Shown here one piece after another: positions 1 through 9,220 of a stretch of 64,000 nucleotides of DNA (its first letter is position 1; every line of letters starts with the position of its first letter). This stretch comes from Giardia intestinalis. Lineage: Eukaryota. The stretch lies in the NCBI GenBank assembly GCA_000002435.2, contig CM018792.1. One strand, written 5' to 3'. A model generated the notes under the pieces. It saw only the letters and a list, made by a program, of their open reading frames with translations. It ran no database searches and was not told the origin of the DNA. A program made the position numbers and the translations under genes.

Positions 1-831
1 GTACAAAAGTCGCTCCGCAGTGCTCTTTTCAAGAATTGCCTTTTGTGAAGCGTACATCTTGTTCTTGTAATTAGCCACAAGCGCATAGAACGCAGTCTTC
101 AAAATGCGAGTATCATCCAACTCAATTAGCATGTTAGACGCGTTAATAAGCATCCGAGGGCCTCGAGTTGAGCTCTTGGGCCTGCCAGGAGAGACGTTGG
201 AAGATTGTGGTTCTTGCTTTACTGTAGCTTCATTAAACAACGCATTCGAACAGGTTTGAAAAGTGACCGTAGATGAAGCTCTTTTACGAGGTAATGACTT
301 GCTGGAAGGATGAGCATTGTAAACCATGTGTGCAGGATATGCAAGAGATGAAAGAGAGGGCGAAGGCGATGGAAGATACGTGCTTGCACTGAAGCTTCTC
401 TGGCAGTTGTTTATGCACTCGGAGTGATCAGAATGAAAACGGACCCCTACTCGCTTTGCAGCTTTTAGCCCTTTCAGCCCTCTAAACAACTTGCGAAGAC
501 GACTAAAGATAGCAGCTGCACGAGCATTCATGTACAGATCAAGTGTTTTGCCATATGCCTCTGAAATGTGGTATCCGCGTTTGCCGATATCGATAACAGA
601 GGTTAAAAAGCTAGTGTAGAAGGTGTCAGCGGTGCGCCTCATATTGTGTGTCTGCAAAACAGTCTCGAATGCGTTATTGAAGTCAGTAAACGTGGGATAT
701 TTGATTGCTTGTACATGCACGACAAAAGTGTATAAATCGTTCAGGATCTGCTTATCCCCGTGCAGAAGCTCTAGCGTACGGGCGAGAAGGGAAAAGTGGG
801 GTCGAAGATCAGCCGTCCGTGGCTGGTGCAT
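1..831 (-). CDS. Hypothetical protein, partial (277 codons open to the left edge; C-terminus outside window). Start ATG at complement 829..831; an alternative internal ATG is possible
   Basis: Manual reverse-complement translation of 1..831 gives an uninterrupted frame (MHQPRTADLRP...KAILEKSTAERLLY) that ends cleanly at position 1. It is absent from the ORF track only because no stop lies in the window. No recognisable domain. Confidence 0.4.
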   Translation of the reverse strand, partial: MHQPRTADLRPHFSLLARTLELLHGDKQILNDLYTFVVHVQAIKYPTFTDFNNAFETVLQTHNMRRTADTFYTSFLTSVIDIGKRGYHISEAYGKTLDLYMNARAAAIFSRLRKLFRGLKGLKAAKRVGVRFHSDHSECINNCQRSFSASTYLPSPSPSLSSLAYPAHMVYNAHPSSKSLPRKRASSTVTFQTCSNALFNEATVKQEPQSSNVSPGRPKSSTRGPRMLINASNMLIELDDTRILKTAFYALVANYKNKMYASQKAILEKSTAERLLY

Positions 832-1110
832 CCTCGCGCCCAAGAAGCGTTTTTTCAGATCATAGTCTTTTTGAAAGAGCTGGGCAAAGTATACGGTAAA
901 CAGCATCTACCAGCATCTAGCTGAATGCCGAACTTTCGTCGGTCGATGGCACTTCAATTTACAACCAACGAATAACTACTAAGCAAGTAAGGGTGTGCTA
1001 TGCCCCAACCCATAGGTTCTTTGTCATACTTTGTATAAAACCATCAAATATGCAGAGTGGCGTCTGTGCCCCTTTTCCAAAACTGAAATTCAAATTACGC
1101 TAAAAAACAG

Positions 1111-2328
1111 ATGGCCAACGCAGGCGGACGACAAGCTGCTGGTGGTGTGGGGCAGGCCTTTGGCGCGAAGCCTACTAGTGCGGGAAAGGAGGCAAAGGAT
1201 GTGCGACAGCAGTATATCTTCCTCAACATCATCGGAAGCGGCTCCTTCGGGAAGGTCCACAAGGTCCAGTCCAGGACGAACGGGCGGATCTTCGCGTGCA
1301 AGGAAATCGACTACGCCAAGATGAGCGAGAAGGAGAAGAAGCTCCTCGTCCACGAGGTCAACACGCTCAAGGAGCTCAGCCACGAGAACATCGTCTCCTA
1401 CATCGACCGCTTTGTCGAGCGCGAGAACGCGAAGATGTTCATCGTCATGGAGTACTGCGAGAATGGAGACCTTGCCAGATACATCAAGCGGCACAAGACA
1501 GACAGGCGCTACATCGCTGAGGAGAAGATCTGGTCTGTCTTTGTCCAGCTCCTCCATGCCCTTAACTATTGCCATAGTTTGCACAAGCACGATGATACTG
1601 GCACCCACAAAGTTATCCACCGAGATATAAAGCCCGGCAACGTGTTCCTCACACGCGATGGCTCCATCAAATTGGGGGACTTTGGTCTTTGTAGATCATT
1701 GGGTGAACTTTCGCAAGCTAAGACAAACGTCGGCACCCCCCTCTACATGGCCATAGAGGTCCTCCAGAAGCAGTCCTACACAGAGAAGGCAGACATATGG
1801 TCCCTTGGCTGCGTCATCTACGAGCTCTGTGCCCTGCAGCCCCCATTCGTGGCATCTAACATGGATTCCCTTAAAGCTAAAGTCAAGCAAGGTGCGCGTC
1901 CTGCCATACCAGCACATTACTCCAGTGACTTATCAGCTGTCATCGATTCTATGCTCAATTCCAACTTTAACTCGCGACCGTCTGCCGCAGAGCTACTTAA
2001 TCATCGTAAGATCATTGAGATGTCGGAAAGGATGAAGAACGCTGGGATGACTGGGGCTGGCATGCAAGCTGCAGCCAATCCTCCACCTCCCGTCCAGGCC
2101 CCGGTCAGTGCTGCTGCACCACGTGCCGGTGAGGCTCTTGCCGCTCTTAAGAACGAAGCAGCCAATATCGGGAACCCGGTTGACGTAGCTCAGAAGGAAC
2201 GGGAACTAAAGGAGTGGGAAGAGAGACTTCAGCAGAGAGAACAGCAAATACGAGCCCGTGAAGAGCAAGTCGAGCGCGCTCTTGTTAGTGGCAAGTCCAA
2301 TGGTGGCGCTTACAAGTATAAGATGTAG
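1111..2328 (+). CDS. Ser/Thr protein kinase, NEK family (N-terminal kinase domain plus C-terminal coiled coil)
   Basis: Gly-loop IGSGSFGKVHKV, VAIK-type lysine (FACKEI), catalytic HRDIKPGNVFL, DFGLCRS, GTPLYMAIE, C-terminal REQQIRAREEQ coiled coil. AT-rich initiator ctaaaaaacagATG. Confidence 0.85.
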   Translation: MANAGGRQAAGGVGQAFGAKPTSAGKEAKDVRQQYIFLNIIGSGSFGKVHKVQSRTNGRIFACKEIDYAKMSEKEKKLLVHEVNTLKELSHENIVSYIDRFVERENAKMFIVMEYCENGDLARYIKRHKTDRRYIAEEKIWSVFVQLLHALNYCHSLHKHDDTGTHKVIHRDIKPGNVFLTRDGSIKLGDFGLCRSLGELSQAKTNVGTPLYMAIEVLQKQSYTEKADIWSLGCVIYELCALQPPFVASNMDSLKAKVKQGARPAIPAHYSSDLSAVIDSMLNSNFNSRPSAAELLNHRKIIEMSERMKNAGMTGAGMQAAANPPPPVQAPVSAAAPRAGEALAALKNEAANIGNPVDVAQKERELKEWEERLQQREQQIRAREEQVERALVSGKSNGGAYKYKM

Positions 2329-2432
2329 ATATGTTGTACTGCCTTGCGGTTCGCTATTACTGTAAACAACGCTCGCGAGATATGCGTTCTTGTCGTGTGC
2401 AGACCGCAAAAGGGAGAAGCGGACAGTTCAGT

Positions 2433-3152
2433 TTACAGGTCCGAAATGGAGCTGTCTAGACCCAACTCAGGAAAGTCGCCAACTTCAACGGACAATGGCT
2501 TAACAAACGCCCCATATTTCATCTGTGCGTTGAAGTATTTAGTGCCTCCATGAGTCCCGTCGCTGTCACCCACTGGTTCGTCCAAGGTGACTCCGACAAA
2601 GTGTCCTTTCCCTAAAGAAGGAACGGGGCCTACAAACGCCACCTCCCCGCGCCTATCTCCAGACAGTCTACAGCGCATCCCAACACCTATCTTCTCTAGA
2701 GCTTCTGCCTCCATGGCTACCTCTTTTCGTCTCTGGCGATGCGCATCTAGCACTTGCTTACGGTACTCTGGGTCACTCTTGAATTTCTCTCGGAGATACT
2801 GGCGCACGGTCCCGTCTAGCTTGTCATAGACTTCATCAGACATAACGTACTTTTCTATCTGAGAAAGATCGCTTAAGCCTGCTTCTCGAGCGATAGAGAG
2901 CGGGTTAGTGTCGTCCACTAGAAGCTCCATCCCATCTCTGGCGTTATAATCTGAAAGAGAAGAAGATGAATCTCCTAAATCTATCACCCGGTCATCTGAT
3001 ACTCTCAGTCGAAGCACCTGATGCTGTGGCATTGTCCCAGTCATCTTATAGATTTGATCTTTGACAGAGCTGAGAGGCTCATTTTCCGCAAACTTGCACT
3101 CAAAGAAGCGTTGCTGGAGAAGAGCGTGCCTGACGTGGAGTAAGACCACCAT
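2433..3152 (-). CDS. Tubulin-folding cofactor B-like protein (N-terminal ubiquitin-like region plus C-terminal CAP-Gly domain)
   Basis: C-terminal CAP-Gly signature RCRLSGDRRGEVAFVGPVPSLGKGHFVGVTLDEPVGDSDGTHGGTKYFNAQMKYGAFVKP. Size (239 aa) and architecture match TBCB. Initiator tttaattaaATG on minus strand. Confidence 0.6.
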   Translation of the reverse strand: MVVLLHVRHALLQQRFFECKFAENEPLSSVKDQIYKMTGTMPQHQVLRLRVSDDRVIDLGDSSSSLSDYNARDGMELLVDDTNPLSIAREAGLSDLSQIEKYVMSDEVYDKLDGTVRQYLREKFKSDPEYRKQVLDAHRQRRKEVAMEAEALEKIGVGMRCRLSGDRRGEVAFVGPVPSLGKGHFVGVTLDEPVGDSDGTHGGTKYFNAQMKYGAFVKPLSVEVGDFPELGLDSSISDL

Positions 3153-4199
3153 TAATTAAACTTTGGTTCAAAAGTCATTTTATTTATGGTGTGAATCGCT
3201 TGCTAGTATTTATAATAATCAGCGATAGGAGTACCCGCTACTGTATGCTAGGCCTTAAGGTACGAGCAGTTTCCAAGCAAATTTTCAAGCCCTAACTTCC
3301 GGTAGGAACTCTGCACTGCTTGATGTAATATACTGTTTTGTGTGTGCTAAGCGTGCAGCATCTTCTGTGAGCTAGTCTATTTACATGCAGAACAAGAGAG
3401 AAAGAACAGTTTAGTAGAGAAAGACATTCAAGGGAAAAAGCAGAGCAACCAGATCATGACGAGTAATTATCTTTCATATCAACGGTTTCATTAGGACTTA
3501 AGTTAGGTGGGCATCAAACTGATTGGTTACCAAGGAAAACTCGAGTCATGGAGGCTAGGGATTAACATCCACCGAAAAATCCCAAGTATCTTTATATCAG
3601 CGATACTGTCACTGATCATGCCAAAGACGACTGAGAGTAGAAAAACCTTGTTACCATTTAAGCAAACATACTGGCAATCAATAGCCTAATGGGCAAGTTA
3701 GTCATCGCAGGTAAGTGCTCAGCCGCCGATGCAGTGGCAGGATGGTGAGGCACCTCTGGCTGCGTTAAAGATGACAGCGTACAGCAGCTCTAGCCCCTGA
3801 AGAAGGCCTTTGAGAGCAACCGAGACTCGGGGGCTGAACAAGGGGCAGCATGGTGCGAAGGGCTAGCAATTTAACCCGGATTGACTCTAGTGCAACACAA
3901 CAGTTCTCTCGGACCGCTCTTTGCAGTTTGGGATCCTGGGAAGCGAAGAGACCAGGAAGCCGGATCATATCCTTACGACCGCAGGCACAACAGAGGACTG
4001 TGCAGGCACCCATTCGTCACACAAGGTAGTAAATCGTCAAGAGGGCTCAAGACAGTTGAATCCCACCAGATCTCTCAGCCGACAGCCAGAATGGCGAGTG
4101 TCCCCCTACGTTCCACCAGGCAGCGTCAAACGTAGCAGAGGTCTGCCGGAAATGCGCCAGATGCAGTCAACGCTTTTCTGGGTGTAGTGTTAACAGAAT

Positions 4200-4560
4200 C
4201 ACACACTACGACGCGTCCCAGACAGGCTCCACCTGGCAGCGGCGCCCCAGAGACGGGCCCCGGGGGACAAAGTATCTTCGGCCCTGTCCCTGCTCCAATG
4301 CGAGCGGCCCGCGGACAGAGCCGAGGATGGGGGCCAGTGCTCGGCTTCCTGCTGGTGCGGTAGCGCCGGGAGACCACCGGACCATCGACTCGGCCGCGGC
4401 AACCGGCGGAGCGCCCTGGGCTGCTGCTGTGCCCATGCGCCTGGAGCGCGCCGCAGCAGCCCGGGATGGGTCCGCAGACAGGCGTGCCGCCCCAGCCGTC
4501 CCGGGGGCCGGCTCCTCGTGGTGGGCGGTCCTGCTCCCTTTGACTTTTCAAATGGAGAAC
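4200..4560. other. GC-rich island (about 70-75% GC) in otherwise about 48% GC intergenic DNA upstream of the VSP array; no credible ORF
   Basis: Runs of gcgcc/ccggg/gcggcc. Overlapping both-strand ORFs are Ala/Arg/Gly/Pro-rich, typical of spurious GC-rich frames. Confidence 0.5.
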
Positions 4561-5113
4561 GCAGTTATGGATCCTAGCTCTGCTGCAGAAGGTGCCTTAT
4601 GAGACGCAGCACAGCTACACCAAGCGGTATCGGGGCTGAACACTCCTTGGGACGGGCTCCTGGCGCATCTGAGAGACGCTCGTTGCTGTGCACTGCCTCT
4701 TGGGCTTTGAATGCACGTTGTGCAGAGCTGCAGGGGTCGCCCTTGCAGTTGTCGGTGGACCGTTGATGGGATCATTGAAAGCTCTGGACCGCTACTGGGC
4801 CGTGTTGTCCCAGTGCACGTGTGGCAGCTTTGGTTCGCACTGGATGGTCCGCAGAGATTGCAACGGAGCCACGAGGTGCACTAATATGACATACACATTG
4901 AGACAACCGCAGTTCTATTCGGCTCAATCCACCTCCTTCTGGCCCTGTGCCGAGATTGCAGATTGCAGAGTAGTGTTCGCGATAGACCCGGTGAGTGTTG
5001 ATTCCATCAGCGCCTGTGGTCAACGTGTGCCAGAAGGATCAATCAACTGCATCAATCAACGCGGATTGACTGATGTACCGCGAGTATGTTCCTACCAATC
5101 TATCAATCGGGCA

Positions 5114-7324
5114 ATGTTTGGCAGTTTTGTTCTCGCGGGGGTACTCGTCCAGATTGCATGGGCAGAAAAAGTAACAGAGCGCGCGGCTCAATGCGCAGAT
5201 AACACTAATTGCGCAGCAGAAGCATGCAACGTTCTGATCGGTGGTAAATTGTATTGCTCTCAATGTAACACAGGATTTGTTCCTATCAATGGACAATGTG
5301 CAGGCAAAGAAGATGCAAAAACCAAGTGTAAAGATACCGATGGAGGCGATACAGCTGATCAGACCTGTGGACAGTGCGCTGAGCAGACTTTCATGTACAA
5401 GGGCGGCTGTTACGAAGCAGCCCAGCAGCCCGGACAGACCATATGTCAGGCGGCAGAAAATGGAAAATGCACACAGGCTAAGGCTGGATACTTCGTGCCG
5501 CCGGGCGCAGACGCCTCTCACCAATCGGTCATACCGTGCGGAGACGAAGAGGAAATAACGGTTAAGAACGATAAAAAGTACAAGGGCGTAGTGCATTGTA
5601 CTCAGTGTAACGCTCCCGCAGAAGCAGCAGATGCTAACGCCAAGGCCGCCACATGTACTGCGTGCGGCGATAGCAAGATCGTCAAGACGGCCAAGGACCA
5701 AGCCACCTCCTGCGTGACAGAAAAAGAGTGCACGGATGCCCCAGGCTTCTTCGTTGATACGACGAGCGGTAAAAAATGCAGCAAGTGCGCTGAGACATGC
5801 AAGACCTGTAAGACCGAGGCTGCGAAGTGCACCTCCTGTAAGGACGACAAGCCGTACCTGAAGAAGGATGACGAGTCCACAACTGGCACGTGCGTTGACG
5901 CAAACGGCTGCCCGGCAACTCATTACGTTGATAAGGAAGCAAAGGAGTGCAACACCTGCGTTTCAGGAGGGACGGTGGACTGCACCACTTGTGAGAAAGG
6001 CGCCAACGGAGTGGTTTGTAAGACGTGTACGACTGGTACGAAGACCAAGTTTGGCCTTGGAAAGAAGTCATGCGTTGAGAACTGCCCCTCGAACTCCAGC
6101 GATGAAAAGACCCCTGGCACCTGTGAGTGCGTCGAGGGCTACGTTCCCGACGACGCGGGCACCGGGTGTACGAAGAAATCCGACCCCCAGTGCAACACCC
6201 CCGGCTGCAAGACGTGCAGTGATCCGAAGAAAGACAAGGAGGTGTGCACAGAATGCGAAGACCCCAAGGCCCTCACGCCCACGGGCCAGTGCATCGATAA
6301 CTGCGGAGATCTGGGAGGCTACTACGAGGGCACCAACGAGGGGGGCAAGAAGGCCTGCAAGAAGTGCGAGGTCGAGAACTGCCTCCTGTGCAATGGGCAG
6401 GGACAGTGCGAGACCTGCAAGGACGGGTACTACAAGAGCGGAGCCGCCTGTGCCAAGTGCGATACCTCGTGCAAGACGTGCGCGAACGGGAAGCCCAACG
6501 GGTGTACGAGCTGCGAGCCTAAGCAGGTCCTCAGCTACGAAGGGGAGGGCACGGGGACGTACAAACCAGAATGCAAGCCAGTGAGCGGCGGCAAGGATGG
6601 AACGTGCAAGAGCTGCGACCTGAGCATAGACGGGACAAGCTACTGTTCTGCCTGTAACGTGGGCACGGAGTATCCAGAGAACGGTGTGTGCGTCAAGAAG
6701 TCGGCCCGCACAGCCTCCTGCCAGGTCGAACCGAGCAATGGTGTGTGCGGGACATGTGCAAAGGGCTTCTTCCGCATGAACGGGGGCTGCTACGAAACGA
6801 CCAAACTCCCTGGAAAGAACGTCTGTGAGGAGGCAGCACCGACCGGCGATACCTGTCAGACTCCGGCCGACGGGTACAAACTGAATAACGGCGCGCTCAT
6901 CACTTGCTCGGCCGGATGTAAGACGTGCACCAGCCAGGACCAGTGCGACACGTGTAAGGCTGGATATGCTAAGACTGGCGGTAACACTAAGAAGTGCGTT
7001 CCCTGCGCCACTGGGTGCTCCGAGTGCAATGCGGACGACGCCACCAAGTGCACGGTGTGCGCTGCAGGGTACTACCTGTCCAAAGAAAAGTGCATAGCAT
7101 GCGACAAGAGCGACGGCGGATCCATCACCGGCGTCGCCAACTGCGCCAACTGCGCTCCCCCAACCAACAATAAAGGGCCTGTCCTCTGCTACCTCATACA
7201 GAACACCAACAGGAGCGGGCTTTCCACGGGGGCCATAGCGGGGATCTCCGTCGCTGTCATCGCTGTCGTGGGGGGCCTCGTGGGCTTCCTCTGCTGGTGG
7301 TTCATATGTAGAGGGAAGGCGTGA
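5114..7324 (+). CDS. Variant-specific surface protein (VSP), head gene of the tandem array (737 aa; signal peptide, CXXC-rich ectodomain, TM, CRGKA tail)
   Basis: The track ORF begins at 4688, but the VSP-type signal peptide MFGSFVLAGVLVQIAWA begins at ATG 5114 (in frame). There are many CXXC and GGCY motifs. C-terminus is NRSGLSTGAIAGISVAVIAVVGGLVGFLCWWFICRGKA followed by stop. Confidence 0.9.
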   Translation: MFGSFVLAGVLVQIAWAEKVTERAAQCADNTNCAAEACNVLIGGKLYCSQCNTGFVPINGQCAGKEDAKTKCKDTDGGDTADQTCGQCAEQTFMYKGGCYEAAQQPGQTICQAAENGKCTQAKAGYFVPPGADASHQSVIPCGDEEEITVKNDKKYKGVVHCTQCNAPAEAADANAKAATCTACGDSKIVKTAKDQATSCVTEKECTDAPGFFVDTTSGKKCSKCAETCKTCKTEAAKCTSCKDDKPYLKKDDESTTGTCVDANGCPATHYVDKEAKECNTCVSGGTVDCTTCEKGANGVVCKTCTTGTKTKFGLGKKSCVENCPSNSSDEKTPGTCECVEGYVPDDAGTGCTKKSDPQCNTPGCKTCSDPKKDKEVCTECEDPKALTPTGQCIDNCGDLGGYYEGTNEGGKKACKKCEVENCLLCNGQGQCETCKDGYYKSGAACAKCDTSCKTCANGKPNGCTSCEPKQVLSYEGEGTGTYKPECKPVSGGKDGTCKSCDLSIDGTSYCSACNVGTEYPENGVCVKKSARTASCQVEPSNGVCGTCAKGFFRMNGGCYETTKLPGKNVCEEAAPTGDTCQTPADGYKLNNGALITCSAGCKTCTSQDQCDTCKAGYAKTGGNTKKCVPCATGCSECNADDATKCTVCAAGYYLSKEKCIACDKSDGGSITGVANCANCAPPTNNKGPVLCYLIQNTNRSGLSTGAIAGISVAVIAVVGGLVGFLCWWFICRGKA

Positions 7325-7338
7325 CTTAGGTAGTGAAT
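7325..7338 (+). promoter_or_regulatory. Conserved VSP 3' motif/polyadenylation signal (CTTAGGTAGTGAAT; AGTGAAT = AGTRAAY at 7332..7338)
   Basis: Immediately 3' of the TGA; fits the Giardia AGTRAAY polyA signal and the extended VSP 3' motif ACTYAGRTAGTRAAY (recalled from literature). Repeated at 9158-9171, 10991-11004, 12890-12903, 14699-14712, 63830-63843, and as AGTAAAT at 16544-16550. Confidence 0.75.
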
Positions 7339-9157
7339 GCTGTACAGTGATAGTGATAGTGATAGTGCTATGTGGTGTGGGGGTGATAGTGGTGGTGTGG
7401 GACTTTTCTTCATGGGCGGGTGCTACAAGACAGAGAGTCAGCCCGGCAGTGACATATGCACAGCAGCCAGTAATGGAGTATGCACTACTTGTAAGGCAGA
7501 TAACGGCCTGTTCAAGAACCCAGTTACACCTCAGAAGCCTGGTAGCGAGTGCATCCTGTGCTCTGATACTAAGGGAGCAGATGGATATACGGGGGTGGCC
7601 AACTGCCTCAAGTGCACAGAACCAACTAATAGTCCAGGAGCTGCCACGTGCACTGAGTGTCAAGAGGGGTACTATAAAGAGAATAACGAATGCAATCAGT
7701 GTGATCAGTCCTGTCTGACTTGCAGTGGAAGTGGTCCGAATCATTGCACATCCTGTAAGGAGGGGAAGTATCTGAAAAGCGATAATACCTGTTCACCTAC
7801 ATGTGAAGGAAACACTTATGCTGACCCTGTGACAAGGACATGCAAGGAGTCTGGTATAGCAGATTGCACCGCGTGTGAGTACAACACGACTGTCAGCAAG
7901 CCCCAGTGCACCGCCTGTAACAATAAGAAGGTGAAGACAGAGCTGGATGGGACAACCACTTGCGTCGATGATGCTGGGTGCGCAACAGATAACGTCGACG
8001 GATCCCACTTTCTGAGTGATGATAGCACCAAGTGCATATTATGCAGTGATACAACAACAGGAACAGAAGCAAACGACAAGGGGATTGCTAATTGTAAAAC
8101 GTGTAAGAAGAACGGAGCCAAGCCGACCTGCTCAGCTTGCCTCGACGGATACTTTGGTTCTGATACATGCACAGCTTGCGGTGCCAACTGTGCTACATGC
8201 TCTGCTGCTGGCAATGATCAGTGCACTAAATGCAAGCCTGGATTCTTCATGAAACAACCCGGCTCTACTGGTGAGTGTGTTGCTTGCGACAGTAAAGCCG
8301 ACAATGGCATCGAGGGATGCAGTGCATGCACAAACGATGGCGGTGCTTTCAAGTGCACCGATTGCAAGCCCAACTATCGCAAGGAGGGCAGTACTGGCTC
8401 TGTCACATGCACCAAGACCTGTGAAGATGATACTACCTGTGGTGGTACCTCTGGCGCCTGTGATGCCATGATAATAGATGATCAGGGCACCACAAAGCAC
8501 TATTGCTCATACTGTGGGGATAGTTCACAAGCTCCTATCGATGGTCTCTGTGCTACTGATAAGAATGGGAATACTTGTACCAATAATGTCTGTACATCAT
8601 GTACTCAAGGGTACTTCTTGTACATGGACGGCTGTTATAGTACTCAGAGTCAACCTGGTAACCTCATGTGCAAGACAGCTAACAACGGGGTCTGTACAGC
8701 CGTTAATGAGAATAATAAGTACTTCATAGTACCAGAAGCAAAGCCTACTCAGCAGTCTGTACTAGCATGTGGTAACCCATTAGGCACACTAGTAGATACT
8801 AAGGCATATGTGGGGGTGGATGGCTGCTCCCAGTGTACAGCCCCAACAGCTCCATCTGAGGGTGGCATGACCCCCGCTGTGTGTACCTCCTGTGACAGTG
8901 GTAAGAAGCCCAACAGGGATGGCACTGGGTGTGTGACATGCTCTGACACCAACTGCAAGAGCTGTGCGATGGACGGTGTGTGTGGGGAGTGCAACAGTGG
9001 CTTCAGTCTAGACAATGGCAAGTGCGTGTCCACTGGCGCCAACAGGAGCGGGCTCTCCACGGGGGCCATCGCGGGCATCTCCGTCGCCGTGGTCGTCGTC
9101 GTGGGGGGCCTCGTGGGCTTCCTCTGCTGGTGGTTCGTGTGCAGGGGGAAGGCGTGA
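7337..9157 (+). CDS. VSP-family ORF, 5'-truncated cassette (606 aa; no signal peptide; likely pseudogene or silent cassette). Its ATG lies inside the preceding gene's polyA signal
   Basis: Same frame as the head gene. Begins MLYSDSDSDSAMWCGGDSGGVGLFFMGGCYKTESQPG (translation of the microsatellite, then a GGCY module). Ends ...GLSTGAIAGISVAVVVVVGGLVGFLCWWFVCRGKA. Confidence 0.75.
   Translation: MLYSDSDSDSAMWCGGDSGGVGLFFMGGCYKTESQPGSDICTAASNGVCTTCKADNGLFKNPVTPQKPGSECILCSDTKGADGYTGVANCLKCTEPTNSPGAATCTECQEGYYKENNECNQCDQSCLTCSGSGPNHCTSCKEGKYLKSDNTCSPTCEGNTYADPVTRTCKESGIADCTACEYNTTVSKPQCTACNNKKVKTELDGTTTCVDDAGCATDNVDGSHFLSDDSTKCILCSDTTTGTEANDKGIANCKTCKKNGAKPTCSACLDGYFGSDTCTACGANCATCSAAGNDQCTKCKPGFFMKQPGSTGECVACDSKADNGIEGCSACTNDGGAFKCTDCKPNYRKEGSTGSVTCTKTCEDDTTCGGTSGACDAMIIDDQGTTKHYCSYCGDSSQAPIDGLCATDKNGNTCTNNVCTSCTQGYFLYMDGCYSTQSQPGNLMCKTANNGVCTAVNENNKYFIVPEAKPTQQSVLACGNPLGTLVDTKAYVGVDGCSQCTAPTAPSEGGMTPAVCTSCDSGKKPNRDGTGCVTCSDTNCKSCAMDGVCGECNSGFSLDNGKCVSTGANRSGLSTGAIAGISVAVVVVVGGLVGFLCWWFVCRGKA
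7347..7367 (+). repeat. (GTGATAG)3 perfect heptamer microsatellite in the VSP inter-unit junction
   Basis: cagtGATAGTGATAGTGATAGtgc. Identical copy at 12912..12932. Degenerate GGTGATA/GGTGATAG heptamers at 9182-9228, 11015-11058, 14723-14769, 63863-63898. Confidence 0.85.
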
Positions 9158-9220
9158 CTTGGGTAGTGAATGCTGTACAGTGGGTGATAATGGGTGATAG
9201 AAGGTGATAGAGGGTGATAG

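Noticed and set aside
623-899. Short plus-strand ORFs 623-865 and 705-899
   Set aside because: They are GTG-initiated in the track, have no domain, and lie antisense to the long uninterrupted minus-strand frame 1-831, which is the better gene model.
4126-4602. Overlapping 76-141-aa ORFs on both strands in the 4.2-4.56-kb GC island; I also considered whether the island is an rDNA fragment
   Set aside because: Products are Ala/Arg/Gly/Pro low-complexity. I could not recognise Giardia SSU/LSU rRNA sequence in it from memory, so I leave it as an unexplained compositional island.
4688-5113. In-frame 142-codon upstream extension of the head VSP ORF (track start 4688)
   Set aside because: It lacks a signal peptide and has no VSP-like CXXC content. 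The canonical VSP leader MFGSFVLAGVLVQIAWA begins at 5114. The extension is most likely fortuitously open 5' flank in GC-balanced DNA.
7322-7340. Possibility of programmed stop-codon read-through linking successive VSP units (TGA-C context)
   Set aside because: Each junction has two to five additional in-frame stops (TAG, TGA, TAA) within the next 20 codons, so read-through could not join units.
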